From assembly GCF_003231495.1 (NCBI RefSeq), contig NZ_PQWO01000001.1, positions 1 through 32,000 on the forward strand: a DNA stretch of 32,000 bases, written 5' to 3'. The translations under genes were made by a program, and so were the position numbers. Numbering within the stretch: position 1 is the first letter of the stretch; the number at the start of each line of letters is the position of its first letter. Source of the stretch: Acaryochloris thomasi RCC1774. Lineage in GTDB: Bacteria > Cyanobacteriota > Cyanobacteriia > Thermosynechococcales > Thermosynechococcaceae. This document shows positions 24,823-32,000 of the stretch, in pieces. Below the pieces are notes generated by a model that saw nothing but the letters and a program-made list of their open reading frames with translations, had not been told where the DNA came from and did no database searches.

Positions 24823-26457
24823 TTATCTCAGTTTAGACAGTAGGGGGGCAGCGCCCAATAATGTTTGGGTATAGGGATTCTGGGGCTGGGTGAAAATTTG
24901 GGCGGTGGGTCCGATCTCAACGATTTTGCCTTGGTTCATGACCGCGATCCGATCGCAAAAATACTGCGCCACCCATAGATCATGGGTAATAAATAAATAA
25001 GTGAGCTGAAACTCGGCTTTTAGGTCTTTCATCAGCTCTAGCACCTGAGTTTGAATGCTGGCGTCGAGCATACTGACCGGCTCATCACAGATCACTAGTT
25101 TGGGATGGGTGATTAAGGCCCTTGCGATCGCAACTCTCTGCTGCTGTCCCCCCGACAGATCGCCCGGATATCTCTGCTCATAGTCTTCAGGCGGCGTCAG
25201 TCCCACCCGCTCTAGCATGGAACGAACCTCCACTGGAGCCGATGCGCGTGTTGCGAGCTGGTGAATCAACAGTGGTTCGGCAATACTCTGGCCCACCGTC
25301 ATCAGCGGATTAAGGCAGGCCAGCGGATCTTGGAAGATCATCTGGATCTCACGCCGGTAGCCCCGCATTTGCTCGTTAGAAAGAGCCGTCAAATTCGTAT
25401 TGTCAAAGGTAACGGTCCCTGACGTCGGTCTGATGAGCTGCAGAATCGTGCGCGACAGCGTACTTTTGCCGCAGCCTGACTCACCCACCAGTCCTAGAAC
25501 TTCCCCGTCATAAACGTCGAGACTAATATCGTCAACGGCCCTAATCTCAGGTGGAGGGCCAGAGAGGAACCGCCCAACTAAACTCGGGGACAGCGTGAAA
25601 TACTGCTTAAGGGCCTGCACTTGCAGCAGAGGAACCTCTTCTGTCTGCGCTTTACCCGCATCCCCAGCCTGCAGATCGAGGGCAGCCTGCAGCAGAGCCT
25701 TTGTATAGTCATGCTGCGGCTGCGTCAAAATCCTTTGGGATGGCCCCGTTTCCACCATCTTGCCCTGATACATGACCGCGATGCGATCGCAATATTCACT
25801 CACCAACGCCAAATCATGGGAAATCAGCAATAGCCCCATCTCCCGCTCGGCGCATAGACGGGTCAACTCCCGCAAAATCTGAGCCGCCACCGTCACGTCT
25901 AAGCTCGTTGTCGGCTCATCCGCCACAATTAACTTTGGATCTAGCAGCAAGGCCAGGGCAATGGCCACCCGCTGCCGCATGCCGCCACTAAACTCATGGG
26001 GATACTGACGCCACCGCTCTGCGGGGATATTGACGGCGGCTAGAGTGTCTAAAATCTTTGCTTGAGCCTCTGCTTTCGAGAGATGAGGCTGGTGGGCCTT
26101 GAGCGTCTCTAGACAGTGGGCCTTAATCGTCATCAGCGGATTCAGCCGCGTCATCGGATCCTGAAAGATTAGCCCGACCCCCTCCCCTCGGAAGTGACGC
26201 ATCTCTTGAGGAGAAAGCCCTAAAACCGACCGATCCTGAAATTGAATGCTGCCCTCAATCTGGCTACGACTGGGCAGCAGGCGCATGACGGCCCGCCCAA
26301 TCGTAGACTTGCCGCAGCCAGACTCGCCCACAAGGCCAACGCGATCGCCCGCGCAGATCGTCAACGACAATCCATCCACGGCCCAATTTAAAGGACGAGA
26401 GCGAGGCGAGGGATAGGCAACCCGAAGGTTGTCAACACGAAGTAATGCGGCATCCAT
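24823..26457 (-). CDS. ABC transporter ATP-binding protein, fused double ATPase (DppD/DppF-like)
   Basis: Two Walker A sites (GESGCGKST twice), two signature motifs (FSGGMRQR, LSGGQQQR) and two Walker B sites (IVADEPT, VICDEPV). Confidence 0.9.
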   Translation of the reverse strand: MDAALLRVDNLRVAYPSPRSRPLNWAVDGLSLTICAGDRVGLVGESGCGKSTIGRAVMRLLPSRSQIEGSIQFQDRSVLGLSPQEMRHFRGEGVGLIFQDPMTRLNPLMTIKAHCLETLKAHQPHLSKAEAQAKILDTLAAVNIPAERWRQYPHEFSGGMRQRVAIALALLLDPKLIVADEPTTSLDVTVAAQILRELTRLCAEREMGLLLISHDLALVSEYCDRIAVMYQGKMVETGPSQRILTQPQHDYTKALLQAALDLQAGDAGKAQTEEVPLLQVQALKQYFTLSPSLVGRFLSGPPPEIRAVDDISLDVYDGEVLGLVGESGCGKSTLSRTILQLIRPTSGTVTFDNTNLTALSNEQMRGYRREIQMIFQDPLACLNPLMTVGQSIAEPLLIHQLATRASAPVEVRSMLERVGLTPPEDYEQRYPGDLSGGQQQRVAIARALITHPKLVICDEPVSMLDASIQTQVLELMKDLKAEFQLTYLFITHDLWVAQYFCDRIAVMNQGKIVEIGPTAQIFTQPQNPYTQTLLGAAPLLSKLR

Positions 26458-26541
26458 AGGGGCTTAGTTTTTGCATGGGATGACAATCCATGTCTATCAT
26501 GAACGAAGATTAAGAAGTTTTGAAAAGTTTTATTACAAGCT

Positions 26542-27165
26542 TTGGCTATTGACATCCCCTCCAATCCTTCCCGACCGATTGAGACAGCCTGGACTCAGCT
26601 TGATGTCCTCTGGCAGGCGGAACAATCTCTGGTACAAAAGGGGTTTGGGCATAACCGGCTGTCTCCGGCTTGGCAGATGCTGGTCCTGGGGGATGGCTCA
26701 CCAACCCGTCACCTCCAACTGCTCACCGGCGAACCGACGGAGGTGGACGTCATTGATATGTCTCTGATTGGGTCCAACCTTGACCATGCCCCTGACTTGA
26801 TTCAGGCGATTCCGGGGCCACGCCTGCGTCGTCAGGTTTGGTTGCGAACGGTCTCCGGTCAGCGCCTCGCCTACGCTACCTCTTGGTGGGAAGCCAGCCA
26901 CGTTGATGAATACCTCCAGAATCGCTCGCTGCCGATCTGGGCCAGCTTGGGGCAGCTTCGGACAGAGCTGTACCGAGATATTCGAACCGTTTGCCTGGGC
27001 AGCTCCCCAGAGCTAGCGGCTGCCTTCGGTGAACAGGGGCCTTTTTGGGGACGATATTATTTGTTCTGGCACAATGGCCAACCCCTGACGCTGATTCATG
27101 AAGTCTTTTCACCCCACCTACAGAAATATTTAGGTCCCATGCATGGGCATCCAGAGCATTCTTAA
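26542..27165 (+). CDS. Chorismate lyase family protein (DUF98/UbiC-like)
   Basis: LVLGDGSPTRHLQLLTGEPTEVDVI...RRQVWLRT.SGQRLAYATSWW resembles the cyanobacterial chorismate pyruvate-lyase family. The TTG start is uncertain. Confidence 0.65.
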   Translation: MAIDIPSNPSRPIETAWTQLDVLWQAEQSLVQKGFGHNRLSPAWQMLVLGDGSPTRHLQLLTGEPTEVDVIDMSLIGSNLDHAPDLIQAIPGPRLRRQVWLRTVSGQRLAYATSWWEASHVDEYLQNRSLPIWASLGQLRTELYRDIRTVCLGSSPELAAAFGEQGPFWGRYYLFWHNGQPLTLIHEVFSPHLQKYLGPMHGHPEHS

Positions 27166-27214
27166 GCACGGGTTAAAATGTGGACTGTTCTCAAACGGAT
27201 AGGACCAAGCAGCG

Positions 27215-28384
27215 ATGAAGTGGTGGCGACAGCTCAGCAGAAATGGACTGGCTCGATTCGGGGTTAGCGTTCTTTTAGTGCTTTATCTCGCCGTGATTGG
27301 GGCTGATTTTATTGCCCCCTATTCTGCCTGCGATACCGCCGCCATCAATCGAGGCATCTGTGAGCCGCAAACAGATGGGGCGCTGCTGCCCCCCACGCCA
27401 ATTTACTGGAAAAATCAGCAGACCGGTGACTGGATTGGCCCCCACGTTTACCCCACGACCTTGGGGCCGATTGATCTGGAAACGGGCGACCGAGAACTGC
27501 TGGTCGACACTCAAAATCCGTCTCCCATTCGACCCTTTGTCAAAGGTTTTGCCTATAACGTCGCTCAAATTAGGCTACCGCTGCCAACCCGGTTCTCACT
27601 GTCAGACCCCAAGGTTGAGCCGGTGACGCTATTCCCTGGATTTAGGAGCGATCGCCATCTGTTTGGAGCCGTGGGGGAAGGCAAGATCAATCTCCTCGGC
27701 ACCGATCAGCAGGCCCGCGATCAGTTCAGCCGTCTGCTCTACGGCGGTCGCATCAGTCTCAGTATTGGCATTGTCGGCGTGCTTATTTCTTTCCCGCTAG
27801 GGATGCTGGTGGGCGGCATCTCTGGTTATTTCGGCGGCTGGACCGATACGATCACAATGCGCCTAGTGGAAGTCCTGATGACCATCCCTAGTATTTATTT
27901 GCTGGTGGCTTTGGCGTCGGTGCTGCCGCCGAGCCTGTCCAGTAGCGATCGGTTTACGCTGATTATCTTGATTACCTCGTTCATTGGTTGGGCAGGCCTC
28001 GCACGGGTGATTCGCAACCAAGTGCTGTCAATTAAAGAACAGGAATATGTCCAGGCTTCAAAAGCAATGGGCGGGCGGCCTCTTTACATTATCCTTCGTC
28101 ATGTATTGCCGCAGACGGCGACCTATGTGATTATTTCAGCAACCCTGAGCATTCCCGGCTTTATCGGTGCTGAGGCGGTCTTGAGCCTGATTGGCTTGGG
28201 GATTCAGCAGCCGGACCCTTCCTGGGGGAATATGCTGTCACTGGCTACCAACGCTTCTATTCTGGTGCTGCAACCCTGGTTGGTTTGGCCCCCGGCGGGC
28301 CTGCTTGTGATTACGGTGCTGTCCTTTAATCTGTTAGGCGATGCGCTACGTGACGTTTTAGATCCGCGTGGGTCGCAGTCGTAA
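27215..28384 (+). CDS. ABC transporter permease (DppC/OppC-like)
   Basis: N-terminal TM helix, a ~130-aa external loop, then LGTDQQARDQFSRLLYGGRISL and the EAA-like loop ASKAMGGRPLYIILRHVLP. Confidence 0.9.
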   Translation: MKWWRQLSRNGLARFGVSVLLVLYLAVIGADFIAPYSACDTAAINRGICEPQTDGALLPPTPIYWKNQQTGDWIGPHVYPTTLGPIDLETGDRELLVDTQNPSPIRPFVKGFAYNVAQIRLPLPTRFSLSDPKVEPVTLFPGFRSDRHLFGAVGEGKINLLGTDQQARDQFSRLLYGGRISLSIGIVGVLISFPLGMLVGGISGYFGGWTDTITMRLVEVLMTIPSIYLLVALASVLPPSLSSSDRFTLIILITSFIGWAGLARVIRNQVLSIKEQEYVQASKAMGGRPLYIILRHVLPQTATYVIISATLSIPGFIGAEAVLSLIGLGIQQPDPSWGNMLSLATNASILVLQPWLVWPPAGLLVITVLSFNLLGDALRDVLDPRGSQS

Positions 28385-28403
28385 AGTCTTGAACGATCGA
28401 TAA

Positions 28404-28556
28404 ATGACGTTGAATCTCCAAGCTGAAGAAGAACAGTCTCAAGCCAGCACTGAGAACGGTGATCAGAGTGAAAAAGTCCTCTGTCCCCACTGCCGACGCA
28501 CGGCGACCAATGGCATCAAGTGTCAGGGGATTTGTATCGCAGACAGTGACTACTGA
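28404..28556 (+). CDS. 50-aa acidic, four-Cys small protein (MTLNLQAEEEQSQASTENGDQSEKVLCPHCRRTATNGIKCQGICIADSDY)
   Basis: An ATG ORF 20 nt after the permease stop and below the ORF-track cutoff. The C-x2-C-x9-C-x3-C arrangement suggests a metal-binding knuckle. It competes with the composition-poor 64-aa track ORF at 28459-28653. Confidence 0.4.
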   Translation: MTLNLQAEEEQSQASTENGDQSEKVLCPHCRRTATNGIKCQGICIADSDY

Positions 28557-28587
28557 TACATCAATCGAACAAGGTGGTTCCGATACT
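28546..28587 (+). promoter_or_regulatory. Candidate NtcA-type activated promoter for icd: GTG-N8-TAC, 22 nt, GATACT
   Basis: GTGACTACTGATAC at 28546-28559 is one mismatch from GTA-N8-TAC. Exactly 22 nt downstream lies GATACT (28582-28587), a 4/6 match to TATAAT. This would place the TSS about 75 nt before the icd ATG. Confidence 0.3.
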
Positions 28588-28603
28588 GAAAACGAGCGAG
28601 TAG

Positions 28604-30892
<2,289 letters not shown>

Positions 30893-31085
30893 TGTCGGTG
30901 GTCGACCATCGCAACAAAGGTTTGAAGCAAATTCCTAAAGATCGATATCAACGCTCTGATACGTCTACGTCCTCTCAAAGCACCTCCTGAAGCCACTCCG
31001 CAGCGTTCAGCGGCGGCCCCTGCACACGTCATCAATGGGTGACAACGTACAATGGGACATTGACTTGATCGCTGGGGAAAACAGT

Positions 31086-31745
31086 ATGGATTTACCAGAA
31101 CTGGAAACCTGCCTCGATAGTCCCGATCCGAAAGCTCGCATGAAGGCGATTACTGAGCTACGTGAATACGAGCCAGCTCAGGCTGTTCCACTGCTTAAGC
31201 GACGGATAGATGATGACAGGTTTATGATTCGCTCCTTCGTGGCAGCAGGATTGGGCACAAAACGAAATAGCGAAGGTTTCGAGCTGCTGCTCACGATGAT
31301 TGACAAAGAAACAGACCACAACGTGATCGCTGAAGCCGCCAGTTCACTATCTAAATTTGGTCTTCAAGCCCTTCCTCATTTAGTGAAACTCTTTGAACAG
31401 CAAACGCACTGGCTGGTGCGAATTAGTATTTTGGCGGGTATGGAAGATCTTGACGACCCTGAAACCCTCCTGCATTTGTGCCGTTTGGGTCTCGATGGAA
31501 ATGATCCCACAGTGAAGCTGGCTGCAATGGCCAATTTAGGTCGGCTCAAGGAAACGCCCCAAATGGCAGAAGCCCTGGATCTCGCCTGCCAGCTTGCCCA
31601 AGATACGGATGCATCCATTCGGGCACAGGCCGCTCGGCTGCTAAGACACCTTGGCGGTCCACGGGCAGAGAAAGCTTTAGGAGAATTAAGGCAGGATCCT
31701 GATTCTCAAGTCGTCAAAGCGATTCTTGAAGGGTTATTTTATTAG
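31086..31745 (+). CDS. HEAT-repeat (PBS-lyase-type) protein
   Basis: Repeated D..VR..AA.aLg units: DPKARMKAITELRE, DRFMIRSFVAAGLG, HWLVRISILAGM, DPTVKLAAMANLG, DASIRAQAARLLRHLG and DSQVVKAILEGL. An alternative start lies at 31035. Confidence 0.75.
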   Translation: MDLPELETCLDSPDPKARMKAITELREYEPAQAVPLLKRRIDDDRFMIRSFVAAGLGTKRNSEGFELLLTMIDKETDHNVIAEAASSLSKFGLQALPHLVKLFEQQTHWLVRISILAGMEDLDDPETLLHLCRLGLDGNDPTVKLAAMANLGRLKETPQMAEALDLACQLAQDTDASIRAQAARLLRHLGGPRAEKALGELRQDPDSQVVKAILEGLFY

Positions 31746-31776
31746 GACCGTTCAGACATCGATTCTCCTGCTCAGT

Positions 31777-32000
31777 ATGCTACGCCTCAACGAAATCAAA
31801 CTGCCGCTGGATCATTCTGAAGCAGCGCTGCAAAAAGCCATCCTCAAAAAGCTGTCTATTCCTGAGGCGGACTTGAGCCGGTACACCATCTTCAAGCGCA
31901 GCTATGATGCCCGCAAGAAGAGCAAAATTCTACTGGTGTACATCGTTGATGTTGAGACGCCTAAGGAAAAAGCTTTACTCAAGCAGTTTAAGAAAGATCC
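31777..32000 (+). CDS. NAD(P)/FAD-dependent oxidoreductase (COG2509-like), 5' partial
   Basis: MLRLNEIKLPLDHSEAALQKAILKKLSIPEADLSRYTIFKRSYDARKKSKILLVYIVDVE matches the conserved N-terminus of this family as I recall it. The ORF runs off the window end. Confidence 0.65.
   Translation, partial: MLRLNEIKLPLDHSEAALQKAILKKLSIPEADLSRYTIFKRSYDARKKSKILLVYIVDVETPKEKALLKQFKKD

Noticed and set aside
30893-30925. Near-palindrome CGGTGGTCGACCATCG just after the icd stop as a terminator
   Set aside because: The stem is short, the loop is very small and no T-tract follows it.

Overview
The window is a cyanobacterial chromosomal segment. The HIP1 octamer GCGATCGC occurs about 21 times by eye, often as GTTGCGATCGCAAC, and GC content is roughly 50%. 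No rRNA, tRNA, CRISPR array, transposase or integrase gene was seen.

- **1-10.6 kb:** a regulator-dense, accessory-looking block. It holds an AraC regulator, two LysR regulators, a Crp/Fnr regulator, SRPBCC, SnoaL-like and DUF1330 proteins, and a quinone oxidoreductase. Two haloalkane dehalogenases of different subfamilies sit in tandem (DhlA-like HLD-I, then DhaA/LinB-like HLD-II with a signal-peptide-like extension). Two decayed genes (GNAT, peroxiredoxin-like) flank the AraC gene, and a stand-alone T5orf172/GIY-YIG protein closes the block.
- **10.6-12.2 kb:** the least explained part. Two ~145-bp direct repeats each carry a micro-ORF for a small hydrophobic peptide. All 6 differences across the last 20 codons are silent. 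The repeats sit in an ORF-poor, AT-richer stretch that ends in an orphan plus-strand terminator-like hairpin.
- **12.2-32 kb:** mostly housekeeping. Genes include DUF456, a CCB2/4-like protein, a small LMW-PTP-like protein, two TPR proteins, an MBL hydrolase, UbiX, VanZ, an aldo/keto reductase, a retropepsin-like protease and a SagB/ThcOx dehydrogenase. They continue with a 7TM-PAS-GGDEF cyclase, a fused ABC ATPase and DppC-like permease flanking a chorismate lyase, a monomeric-type isocitrate dehydrogenase, a HEAT-repeat protein and the 5' end of a FAD-dependent oxidoreductase.
- **Other sequence-supported extras:**
  - A 195-bp MITE-like element has 14-bp terminal inverted repeats and a perfect 10-bp target-site duplication.
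  - A 50-codon 4-Cys ORF is missing from the ORF track.
  - A GTG-N8-TAC-N22-GATACT NtcA-type promoter candidate lies upstream of icd.

All functional calls rest on motif recognition by eye; no database search was run.
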